The translations under genes and the position numbers were made by a program. The notes beneath the pieces are model-generated. The model ran no database searches. It saw only the letters and a program-made list of their open reading frames with translations, and had not been told where the DNA came from. A stretch of DNA of 64,000 nt from Verrucomicrobiota bacterium (GTDB taxonomy: Bacteria; Verrucomicrobiota; Verrucomicrobiia; Limisphaerales; UBA11358): NCBI GenBank assembly GCA_049510395.1, contig JBEKYY010000016.1, positions 3,095-67,094 on the forward strand. The letters are read 5' to 3'. Position 1 is the first letter of the stretch. Each line of letters opens with the position of its first letter. This document shows positions 53,978-62,326 of the stretch, piece after piece.

Positions 53978-55012
53978 ATGTTAAATGAAATCAACAAGGC
54001 AGTGTTGGGCGTGGTGGTGGCCGGCAGCCTGGCCGTGTCAGCGCGCGCTCAGAACGACGTTTATGCCGTTGAGTTCAATACAGGCAGCAACAACCGTTTC
54101 GGCATCGTCAATCTGATGAACGGCGACTTTACCGAAATTGCCGACTTGGGCGGAACGATGTACAACGACATCGCCTACGCGCCGGATGGGACCTTGTTCG
54201 GCATCGCCAATTGTTCATCCTTGGTGACGTTCAATCCAACCAATGGTGCGGTCACCACGGTGGCATCGTTGGATGTGCCCGGCCTTGAATCCATCGCTTA
54301 CGCGCCGGACGGGACTTTGTTTGGCGCGGCCCAGAGCGGGCTTTACACGATTGATCCCACCACCGGGGCGTCAACTTTTATCGGGAGTTTTGGCAACCCT
54401 TACAACCTCAATCTCGCGCAGAACATCCGTTTTGACTCCGATGGCAACCTCTATTTGAGCAATACCGCAGACAACACGGACATTTACCAAGTGAACACCA
54501 ACACCGGCAGCGCGACCTTCGTCGGAGAAGCGACCGGCTACGCGAACCTGATGCTAATGAACGGAAGCCAGTATATGTATGGGGTGAGCATTCCCTCAAT
54601 AAACGGAGCCGACGCGCAGCCTGTGTTGGTTTCTTTCGACCTGGGCAGCTTTGTTAATGGCGGAACCAACGCGGATGGCAGCATTCATCAGATATCGGTC
54701 ACCATGGTGGGTGCCGGTGGCGACTTCCTCCTTAACTTCATCTTCTCAGGTAATGTTCCCAATCCACTCCCGGTGAACATTCCCGACGCCTGCACGATTT
54801 CAATTGCCACCACGCCGGATGGTCCGGCCATCACCCTGTCCGGGAGTCCCAACCAGACTTACGTGATCGAGGCTTCATTCGACATGCATAACTGGACGCC
54901 CATTCGTACGAATATGACTGATTCAAACGGGCTTTTCACGTTTGTTAACTCAGATGCGACGAATTATCCAAGCCGTTTTTATCGCGGTTTTGCACCCGCA
55001 CAAGTACCGTAG
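53978..55012 (+). CDS. secreted repeat protein (AYAPDGTLFG repeats) with a C-terminal W...RFYR module
   Basis: Signal peptide AVLGVVVAGSLAVSARA. IAYAPDGTLFG occurs twice. The tail is ...FDMHNWTPIRTNMTDSNGLFTFVNSDATNYPSRFYRGF. G+C is lower. Confidence 0.6.
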   Translation: MLNEINKAVLGVVVAGSLAVSARAQNDVYAVEFNTGSNNRFGIVNLMNGDFTEIADLGGTMYNDIAYAPDGTLFGIANCSSLVTFNPTNGAVTTVASLDVPGLESIAYAPDGTLFGAAQSGLYTIDPTTGASTFIGSFGNPYNLNLAQNIRFDSDGNLYLSNTADNTDIYQVNTNTGSATFVGEATGYANLMLMNGSQYMYGVSIPSINGADAQPVLVSFDLGSFVNGGTNADGSIHQISVTMVGAGGDFLLNFIFSGNVPNPLPVNIPDACTISIATTPDGPAITLSGSPNQTYVIEASFDMHNWTPIRTNMTDSNGLFTFVNSDATNYPSRFYRGFAPAQVP

Positions 55013-55013
55013 C

Positions 55014-55109
55014 ACGAACGCGACCGACTCGAACGGGTTGTTATCGTTTACTGACACGGCGGGGAAGAATCATCTCCGGCGTTTATATCGCAGCGCCACC
55101 CTCCCATAA
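55014..55109 (+). pseudogene. orphan, frame-shifted remnant of a second C-terminal W...RFYR-type module
   Basis: It translates TNATDSNGLLSFTDTAGKNHLRRLYRSATLP*. This aligns with TNMTDSNGLFTFVNSDATNYPSRFYRGFAP of the preceding gene and starts 2 nt after that gene's stop. Confidence 0.5.
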
Positions 55110-55199
55110 AATATGAACGGGCCTTCCACAGTCGCCGATTCAGATGTGCCGGAGGTTTCCCGGCCTCATCTGCAAACCATCAATCAGGCGGGCGGGGAC

Positions 55200-55601
55200 A
55201 TGGCTCAAACCAAACCGAAACGCTCCCTGCACATCCTTTGCATTGATGACGACCCGCAGGTCCGGGAACTCCTGAATGATTGCCTCACGCACCTTGGTCA
55301 TCGGGTGATGGTTGCCTCCGGCGGGAAAGAAGGGATAGAAATGTTCCGCACCGCCACGCTGAAAAACCAGCCTTACGAAGTGGTCGTAACCGATTGGGGC
55401 ATGCCGGACATTGACGGCCGCGATGTGGCCCGGACGATCAAGGCTGAATCCCCCAGCACGCCGATCATTATGTTGACCGGCTGGGGTGCGACCGTGAGGG
55501 GTGACGTAGCAATTGCTTCGACAGTGGACGCCGTGGTCAACAAACCGCCGCTTATGCAGGAATTGAACGACTTGCTCCTTCGGATGGCCACGCCGGCGTA
55601 A
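55200..55601 (+). CDS. orphan CheY-like response regulator (receiver domain only)
   Basis: ILCIDDDPQVRELL, VVVTDWGMPDIDG (phospho-acceptor Asp), IIMLTGWG, and VVNKP. Confidence 0.85.
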   Translation: MAQTKPKRSLHILCIDDDPQVRELLNDCLTHLGHRVMVASGGKEGIEMFRTATLKNQPYEVVVTDWGMPDIDGRDVARTIKAESPSTPIIMLTGWGATVRGDVAIASTVDAVVNKPPLMQELNDLLLRMATPA

Positions 55602-55638
55602 AAAGGTTGAACGCTAAAACGCCCGCTTCCTTGGAGCC

Positions 55639-55712
55639 TGGAGCGGGCGATGGGAATCGAACCCACGTGTGAAGCTTGGAAGGCTTCCGTTCTACCATTG
55701 AACTACGCCCGC
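55639..55712 (-). tRNA. tRNA-Gly (anticodon UCC)
   Basis: The reverse complement is GCGGGCG-TA-GTTC..GAAC-G-GAAGC-CTTCCAA-GCTTC-...-GTGGG-TTCGATT-CCCAT-CGCCCGC-T-CCA. Confidence 0.9.
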
Positions 55713-55886
55713 CTACGCTGCGCTTCGGCGCGGCAAGCCCGAAGCCAGTTCAGCGAATTTTAACGGCCTGTCGAGCCGAAGCTCAAAGAGCGAAGGCTGA
55801 CGCGGCAAGCCCGCAAGACTTGCAGCGCTGCGAATCATATCGTCGGTACTTGCCTTGTCAACCTGCCGTGTGTATGCTCGCCGCGC

Positions 55887-57266
55887 ATGAACTCGCTGCT
55901 TTTGACCGGCGGGCGAGTCATAGACCCCGCCAATCGCCTCGACACCGTTGCTGATTTGCTCATCCTCAACGGAAAAATCGCCGCCGTCGGCAAAGACGCC
56001 GCCACCCAGGCGCCCGGAGAAATCGAACGATTTGATGCGAAAGGAAAAATTGTTTGTCCCGGCCTGATTGACCTGCACGTGCACTTGCGCGAGCCCGGTC
56101 AGACGGCGAAGGAAACCATCGCCACCGGCACCGCCGCCGCCGCGCGTGGCGGTTTCACCTCGGTCGTCTGCATGCCGAACACATCGCCCGCAATTGATAA
56201 CGCCGGGACCGTCGCGCTCATCCACGAACGCGCCGCCCAACACGGCGTCGTGAATGTCTTCGTCACCGGCGCCATCACGAAAAACATCGCGGGCGAGGAA
56301 CTCGCGTCCATCGGCTCGCTCAAACGCGCCGGCGTCGTGGCCATCACCGACGATGGCCATTGCGTTCAAAACAACGAACTCATGCGCCGCGCGCTTGAAT
56401 ACGCAAAGATGTTTGACCTGCCGGTGATGGATCATTGCCAGGATTATTCGCTCGTGACCGATGGTGTGATGCACGAAGGGTATTGGAGCATCGTGCTTGG
56501 CTTGCGCGGCTGGCCGTCGGCAGGCGAGGAAATGATCGTTGCGCGCAACATCCTGCTCGCCGAACTTACCGGCGCGCGCGTCCATTGCCAGCACCTCAGC
56601 GCGGCCGGCAGCGTCGCCCTGCTGCGCGAGGCAAAGAAACGCGGCGTGTTGATTTCCGGCGAAGCGTGTCCGCATCATTTCGCGCTCACTGACGCAGCAG
56701 TGGCCGGCGGTGCAAAGTTTTGGGCCAATGATGGGAAAACGCTGGCGGGGTTCCAGGACGAGCTCCCGGAATGGCCGGCTTACGACACGAATTTCAAAAT
56801 GAATCCGCCGTTGCGCTCAGCCCGTGACCGCGAGGCGATTTTGGAGGGGCTGGCCGACGGCACGATTGAAATTTTGTGCAGCGACCACGCGCCGCACTGC
56901 GATTACGAGAAGGAAGTGGAATTCGATTATGCGCCGTTCGGCATCGTCGGCTTGGAAACCGGGCTGGCGCTGGCACTCATGCAACTGGTTCACGCCAAAC
57001 GCATTTCGCTCCCCGATTTGATTGTGAAATACACGGTAAATCCGGCGCGACTGCTGAATCTGAAAAAAGGCACGCTCGGTGTCGGCGCGGATGCGGACGT
57101 AACTGTCTTTGACCCGGACCGCGAATGGATTTTCAAGCGCGACGAAACCGCGAGCAAATCGGCCAACAGCCCGTTCTTCGGCTGGAAACTGAAAGGCCGG
57201 GCGGTGGCCACCATCGTCGGCGGGAAAAAAGTCTGGACGGAACAAGCCGAAGCGGTTGCCGCGTGA
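55887..57266 (+). CDS. pyrC: dihydroorotase (long, allantoinase-like class)
   Basis: GLIDLHVHLREPG, a D/H metal-ligand pattern, and CSDHAPH. Confidence 0.92.
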   Translation: MNSLLLTGGRVIDPANRLDTVADLLILNGKIAAVGKDAATQAPGEIERFDAKGKIVCPGLIDLHVHLREPGQTAKETIATGTAAAARGGFTSVVCMPNTSPAIDNAGTVALIHERAAQHGVVNVFVTGAITKNIAGEELASIGSLKRAGVVAITDDGHCVQNNELMRRALEYAKMFDLPVMDHCQDYSLVTDGVMHEGYWSIVLGLRGWPSAGEEMIVARNILLAELTGARVHCQHLSAAGSVALLREAKKRGVLISGEACPHHFALTDAAVAGGAKFWANDGKTLAGFQDELPEWPAYDTNFKMNPPLRSARDREAILEGLADGTIEILCSDHAPHCDYEKEVEFDYAPFGIVGLETGLALALMQLVHAKRISLPDLIVKYTVNPARLLNLKKGTLGVGADADVTVFDPDREWIFKRDETASKSANSPFFGWKLKGRAVATIVGGKKVWTEQAEAVAA

Positions 57267-57328
57267 AAACCCGGCTTCACACTTGACCCGCAGCGTCGCT
57301 CGCCTAGCATCGCGCGCGGTCACCGAAA

Positions 57329-58486
57329 ATGAAAGCGATTTTGGCACTTGAAGATGGTTCCGTGTTTCACGGACAAGGTTTCGGCGCGCGCGCGTCCGCG
57401 TGCGGCGAAGTCTGCTTCAACACTTCCATGACCGGCTACCAGGAAATCCTCACCGACCCGTCCTACAAGGCCCAAATCGTCACGATGACGTATCCGCTCA
57501 TCGGCAATTACGGCGTCAACGAGGTGGACGTGGAGTCGTGGCGGCCGCACGTGGCCGGCTTTGTCATCCGCGAACTCTCGCCCGTCGTCAGCAACTGGCG
57601 CGCGGATTTTTCGCTCGCGGACTATCTGAAGAAAAATGGGATCCCCGGAATCCAGGGCATTGACACCCGGGCACTGACCAAAAAACTCCGCGTGCGCGGC
57701 GTGATGAACGGGTTTATTTCCACGGAAGACGTTCCGGACCCGGAAGCCGTCAAACTCGCGAAGGAATTCGTTTTTGTGGGCGTGGATTACGTCAGGGAAG
57801 TCACGCATAAGGCGGCGTTTCGCTGGGACGAAAAGGACGAGCAGAGTGCGAGCTTCAAACTGGCCGTCGGCAACGAACCGGCCAATGCACGCCAACTGCG
57901 CGAGCCGCTGCCGCCGGCGGACATCCCCATCGTCGCCTTCGATTACGGAATGAAATACAACATTCTGCGCCGCCTTCGGCAGCATGGTTTCAGAGTTCAG
58001 GTTTTACCGGCCACGGCCACCGCCGACGATGCGTTTAAACACAAGCCGGCGGGCATTTTTCTGTCCAACGGCCCCGGCGACCCGGCGGCGCTCAACTACA
58101 TTGTGCGCGAGGTAAAGACGCTGGTGGGCAGCGGCGTGCCGGTTTTCGGGATTTGCCTGGGTCATCAAATTATAGGACAAGCCTTCGGCGGAAAAACCTT
58201 TAAGCTCAAGTTCGGTCATCGCGGCGCGAACCAGCCGGTGAAGGACCTGGAATCCGGCAAGGTCGAAATCACGGCGCAAAACCATGGTTTTGCCGTGGAC
58301 GCGAAATCGTTGCCATCCGGCGTTGCCGTGAACCGCATCAATTTGAACGATCAAACCGTCGAGGGCATGCGCCACAAGACCAAGCCGGTTTTTTGCGTGC
58401 AATATCATCCCGAAGCGTCGCCCGGGCCGCACGATTCGACGCCGTTGTTCGCCGAATTCCGCGCATTAATCGAGCGGCGGGGTTAA
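57329..58486 (+). CDS. carA: carbamoyl-phosphate synthase small (glutaminase) subunit
   Basis: MKAILALEDGSVFHGQGFGA..GEVCFNTSMTGYQEILTDPSY, GICLGHQ (catalytic Cys), and QYHPEASPGPHD. Confidence 0.95.
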   Translation: MKAILALEDGSVFHGQGFGARASACGEVCFNTSMTGYQEILTDPSYKAQIVTMTYPLIGNYGVNEVDVESWRPHVAGFVIRELSPVVSNWRADFSLADYLKKNGIPGIQGIDTRALTKKLRVRGVMNGFISTEDVPDPEAVKLAKEFVFVGVDYVREVTHKAAFRWDEKDEQSASFKLAVGNEPANARQLREPLPPADIPIVAFDYGMKYNILRRLRQHGFRVQVLPATATADDAFKHKPAGIFLSNGPGDPAALNYIVREVKTLVGSGVPVFGICLGHQIIGQAFGGKTFKLKFGHRGANQPVKDLESGKVEITAQNHGFAVDAKSLPSGVAVNRINLNDQTVEGMRHKTKPVFCVQYHPEASPGPHDSTPLFAEFRALIERRG

Positions 58487-58556
58487 AAAAATCATTTTCA
58501 CAGATTTCGGTTTGACTTGAAACGCGGTGTGACCATAATCGACTTATCGTAAGTCC

Positions 58557-59126
58557 ATGGCCAAACTTGTTATTCTGACTCAAGGCCTGAACGGCCGCGC
58601 ACACGAGCTGAACGTGGATCGTACCACGATTGGCCGCGTTGAAGACAACATGTTCCAAATCGCCGAGCCATCCGTCTCCAGCCATCATTGCGAAGTGCTG
58701 TTGCGCGGCAGTGATGTCGTCATCAAAGACCTCAATTCGACGAATGGCACGTTCATCAACGACGAACAAATCACCGAACGCGTTTTGAAGCCCGGCCAGA
58801 CACTGCGGCTCGGCCAGGTTGAATTGAAACTGGAAACCGGAATGCCGGCCTCCGCGCCGGCCTCCGCGCCGGCCTCCGCGCCAGCCACGGCCCCCGCTCC
58901 CGGCCCGGCCAAAAAGCAGGCGGAAGCCACCATGGTAATGCCGCGCGGCGTCAGCATGAGCGAACTGGAAGGCGGCGGACGCCCGCCGGGTTTCGACACC
59001 AGCAAGGAATTCTCCAAAAAGCGCAACCGGGGTGGCATCTATTTCTGGATCGGTGTCGTCATTGTGGTGGCTATCATTGTGGCCCTGCTGTACAGGGCAC
59101 TGCAGGCGGTCAAGAGCGGCAAATAA
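58557..59126 (+). CDS. FHA-domain protein with Pro/Ala repeat linker and C-terminal TM anchor
   Basis: TIGRVEDNMFQI..PSVSSHHCEVL...DLNSTNGTFIN (FHA). PASAPASAPASAPATAPAPGP is encoded by three 12-bp repeats at 58844..58879. The TM is IYFWIGVVIVVAIIVALL. Confidence 0.85.
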   Translation: MAKLVILTQGLNGRAHELNVDRTTIGRVEDNMFQIAEPSVSSHHCEVLLRGSDVVIKDLNSTNGTFINDEQITERVLKPGQTLRLGQVELKLETGMPASAPASAPASAPATAPAPGPAKKQAEATMVMPRGVSMSELEGGGRPPGFDTSKEFSKKRNRGGIYFWIGVVIVVAIIVALLYRALQAVKSGK

Positions 59127-59281
59127 GGCCGGTCGCGGCCATGAAACCAAATGCGTGAGCTTCACGCAAAAGTGCGTGAGATTTTTCCCTTTTCACTTCC
59201 GCATGGCCTGCTCGAAGCGGAAAATGTCACGGCATAGAGTATGCTTAACCCCCGTTGGCTCATGAATTCCATCAAACGATC

Positions 59282-59983
59282 ATGAAACTTCGCTCTGCAA
59301 ATAAACGAACCGCCGCGATGACGCGAACGGAAGCGATAGTGGTCATTGCAACGTTGGCTGTTCTTTTCGTGCTACTTTTGCCGGCGCTCGTTCCTGTCTT
59401 ACATAATGGCAGGCAGAGAATTAACTGCATCAGCAACCTCAAACAAATCGGCATTGCCTACCGGCTTTGGGAAGAAGACAACAATGGCAAATATCCGATG
59501 GCGGTTTCGGTAACGAACGGCGGGGCAATGGAGTTGGTTGCTACGGGAAATGTCGCCGCCTGTTTTCAAGTGATGTCCAATGAGTTGAGCACTCCAAAAA
59601 TTCTGATTTGCCCACAAGATGCCAAAGCGATCCTTGCAGCCAATTTTGGGGAAGGCTTCAACAACAGGAATGTCAGTTATTTTGTCGGTCTGGACGTCAC
59701 CAACGAAGCCAACCCTCAAATGTTCCTCTCCGGCGATGACAACTTCGCCATCAGCGGCATTCCGGTAAAATCAGGGCTGCTCGAACTTTCAACAAACGCG
59801 CCCATTACCTGGACTTCCGGGCGTCATGTTGCTTACAACTCCCATTTTTGGACCCCGGCACGAGATAGATTACTCGGCAACATCGGCATGGCCGACGGGT
59901 CAGCACAACAAGTCACAATTTCAGGACTGGCGAATGCACTGATTCAAACGGGTGTTGCCACGAACCGGCTGTTGATTCCGTGA
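59282..59983 (+). CDS. type II secretion pseudopilin-like protein, DUF1559 / H-X9-DG family
   Basis: A degenerate prepilin leader (KRTAAMTRTEAIVVIATLAVLFVLLLPAL, Glu at +5), NVSYFVG, and the C-terminal ...LLGNIGMADGSAQQV. Confidence 0.7.
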   Translation: MKLRSANKRTAAMTRTEAIVVIATLAVLFVLLLPALVPVLHNGRQRINCISNLKQIGIAYRLWEEDNNGKYPMAVSVTNGGAMELVATGNVAACFQVMSNELSTPKILICPQDAKAILAANFGEGFNNRNVSYFVGLDVTNEANPQMFLSGDDNFAISGIPVKSGLLELSTNAPITWTSGRHVAYNSHFWTPARDRLLGNIGMADGSAQQVTISGLANALIQTGVATNRLLIP

Positions 59984-59990
59984 CTTTCAA

Positions 59991-60054
59991 GGTAGGGCTC
60001 GCTGTCCCAGCGAGCCTCGGCGCGATAGGGACATCGCGCCCTACCAGCTTCAAA
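59991..60054 (+). repeat. family B palindromic element
   Basis: ggtagggctcgctgtcccagcgagcc-tc-ggcgcgatagggacatcgcgccctacc. Confidence 0.7.
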
Positions 60055-60116
60055 TTCGTGTCAAAGGTCTTTTCCCTTCTGGATTCTGAATTTTGAATTC
60101 TCTATTCTGTCGCACC

Positions 60117-61263
60117 ATGTTTGAAACGGTTAAAACAGAAATTGCCACCGTCGCCGGGAAACTCACGCATCTGCGGAGGTTTCTTTGACGTTCCCGCCGC
60201 GCAAAAGCGCATCGGCGAAATCAATGCGCTCATGGCCGCCAACAATTTCTGGAACAACCGCGAAAAGGCGCAGGGGCTGATTGACGAGGCCAATTCCCTC
60301 CGCAACAAAATCGAGCCGCTGCTCCAGGCGGAAAAGCAACTGGACGATTTCCGGGTCATGCTCGAACTCGGCGAGGCCGAACCGCCCGAAGCGCAGGCGC
60401 AGGTGGAACAGGAACTTACACGCGACCTCGCAAAATTTTCCAGGGAACTCGAGTCGCTGGAACTGAAGGTTTTTCTCAGCGGCCCGCACGACCGGAAGAA
60501 TTGCATCCTCAGCATCAACGCCGGCGCCGGCGGCACCGAGGCGCAGGATTGGGCGGAAATGCTGTCGCGCATGTATCAACGCTGGGCCGAATCGCGCGGC
60601 TGGGAGGTCGAAGTCACCGACGCGCTGCCCGGCGAAGGCGCGGGCCTCAAGAGCATCACGATGCTGCTCCAGGGCGAGAACGCCTACGGCTTTGCCAAGG
60701 CCGAACGCGGCGTGCACCGGCTCGTGCGCATCTCGCCATTCGACGCCAACAAACGCCGCCACACGAGTTTCGCCAGCGTGGACGTGATTGCGGAAATCGA
60801 GGAATCCTCGCCCGACATCGTCATCCCGCCGAATGAATTTCAGATTGACACGTTCCGTTCCGGCGGCAAGGGAGGCCAGAACGTGAACAAGGTCGAAACC
60901 GCCGTGCGCATCACGCACATCCCGACCGGCCTTGTCGTCGCGTCGCAAACCCAGCGTTCACAGCATCAAAACCGCGCCACCGCGATGCGGCTGTTGCTGT
61001 CGCGGATTTATGCCCAGCGGCTGGACGCGGCGAAGGCCGACATGGAACGGTTTTACGGTGAGAAGGGCAGCATCTCGTGGGGCAACCAGATCCGCAGCTA
61101 CGTCTTTCAGCCATACCGCATGGTGAAGGATTTGCGCACCGGCGTGGAAACGAGCAATGTTCAAGCGGTAATGGACGGCGATTTGGATGCGTTCGTGAAC
61201 GGCTGGCTCCGCGCCGGCTGCCCGTTGAAGCGGATGCAAGGCGTGAAAGACGATGAGGAATAA
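60117..61263 (+). CDS. prfB: peptide chain release factor 2, requires programmed +1 frameshift (join 60117..60185, 60187..61263)
   Basis: Frame 0 reads MFETVKTEIATVAGKLTHLRRFL then TGA at 60186. Frame +1 continues DVPAAQKRIGEINALM..., with SPF (RISPFDA) and GGQ (GGKGGQNVNK). Confidence 0.95.
60175..60189 (+). promoter_or_regulatory. RF2 autoregulatory +1 frameshift site
   Basis: GGAGG-TTT-CTT-TGA-C: an internal Shine-Dalgarno-like GGAGG lies 3 nt upstream of the canonical CUU UGA C slippery/stop context. Confidence 0.9.
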
Positions 61264-61265
61264 AA

Positions 61266-61337
61266 AAACCGCCAAGGCACAGAGAACGCCAATTTTTAGA
61301 AAAATTTCCCTGGCGGGCTTGGCGTCTTGGCGGTTCA
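61266..61337. repeat. family E element (CCGCCAAGGCAC ... CTTGGCGTCTTGGCGG) between prfB and trpC
   Basis: aaaccgccaaggcacagagaacgccaattttt...ggcgggcttggcgtcttggcggttcaaac. Confidence 0.5.
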
Positions 61338-61344
61338 AACAATT

Positions 61345-62172
61345 GTGAATTTTCTCGACAAAATTGTGGAAGAAAAAAAGCGCGAGGTCGCGAAGTTGCC
61401 CGCACGGCTCATCGTGGTGGGCGATTTTCGCGATGCGTTGCTCGAACGTGGCGAACGGCGTGACTTTGTCGCGGCGTTGCGCCAGCCGCGACACGGCGAC
61501 ATCGCGTTGATTGCCGAGGTCAAAAAAGCGTCGCCGTCGGCAGGGGTGATTTGCCAGAACTTCGATCCGGTTCGCATTGCGAAGGAATACGAGGCGGCGG
61601 GCGCAAGTTGTTTGTCGGTACTGACCGACGGGAAGTTTTTTCAGGGTTCGCTGGATCATCTCCGGCAAATCCGCGCCGCCGTGAAGCTGCCGCTGCTGTG
61701 CAAGGATTTCATGATTGATGAGCGGCAAATCCTCGAAGCCATCGAGTGGGGCGCAGACGCCATCCTGCTCATCGTGGCCATCTTGAACGACGAACAATTG
61801 AAAAAATTCCATTCCCTCGCGGTGGAGGCGGGCCTGGCCGCGCTGGTTGAAGTGCACGATGAGACGGAACTGGCCCGGGCGATGAAAATCGGCGCAACCC
61901 TCATCGGCGTAAACAATCGCAATTTGAAAAATTTCAAGGTGGACCTGGCGACAACTGAACGGCTGGCGACGCGATTAAAAAGTAGCGCAGGCGTCTCGCC
62001 TGCAACGAACAGGCGGGACGCCTGTGCTACTTTGCTCGTCGCCGAAAGTGGGATTCATTCACGCGCGGACGTGGAGCGATTGAAGCAGTGCGGTGCCAAT
62101 GCCATTCTGGTGGGCGAATCGTTGATGCGCGGCGGGAATATTCAGAAGAAAGTTCGGGAATTGATGGGGTAG
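61345..62172 (+). CDS. trpC: indole-3-glycerol phosphate synthase
   Basis: NFLDKIVEEKKREV, IAEVKKASPS.G, LSVLTD..FFQGS, VNNRNLKNF and VAESGI. The GTG at 61345 is preferred over the listed TTG at 61327 (uncertain). Confidence 0.9.
   Translation: MNFLDKIVEEKKREVAKLPARLIVVGDFRDALLERGERRDFVAALRQPRHGDIALIAEVKKASPSAGVICQNFDPVRIAKEYEAAGASCLSVLTDGKFFQGSLDHLRQIRAAVKLPLLCKDFMIDERQILEAIEWGADAILLIVAILNDEQLKKFHSLAVEAGLAALVEVHDETELARAMKIGATLIGVNNRNLKNFKVDLATTERLATRLKSSAGVSPATNRRDACATLLVAESGIHSRADVERLKQCGANAILVGESLMRGGNIQKKVRELMG
61982..62030 (+). repeat. mini family C palindrome embedded in the trpC coding sequence
   Basis: gtagcgcaggcgtctcgcctgc-aacgaac-aggcgggacgcctgtgctac, with termini GTAGCRCAGG inverted. 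It encodes part of the extra loop SSAGVSPATNRRDACAT. Confidence 0.65.
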
Positions 62173-62321
62173 CACCCGCGTTCCGCGGGTTCAATTCGGC
62201 GTCTCGCCGAATTGTCATGGCAAATGGAGCCCACCAATTATTTTTACCGCACCAACAAATCTTGTCCGCCGCTCGTTTCGGGCGTGACGCCCGAAACCAC
62301 CCGCGAGACGCGGGTGCTACC
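62168..62321 (+). repeat. family C palindromic element, fills the trpC/pdxA convergent spacer
   Basis: ggtagcacccgcgttccgcgggttcaattcggcgtctcgccgaatt...gtttcgggcgtgacgcccgaaac...cgggtgctacc. Its TAG (62170..62172) is the trpC stop codon. Confidence 0.75.
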
Positions 62322-62326
62322 ACAGA

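Noticed and set aside
55600-55650. The hairpin using the tRNA-Gly acceptor 3' strand (CGCCCGCT...AGCGGGCG) plus a T-run, considered as a separate regulatory element.
   Set aside because: It is most simply the transcription terminator of the tRNA-Gly gene, and it overlaps the tRNA end. Nothing unusual can be supported.
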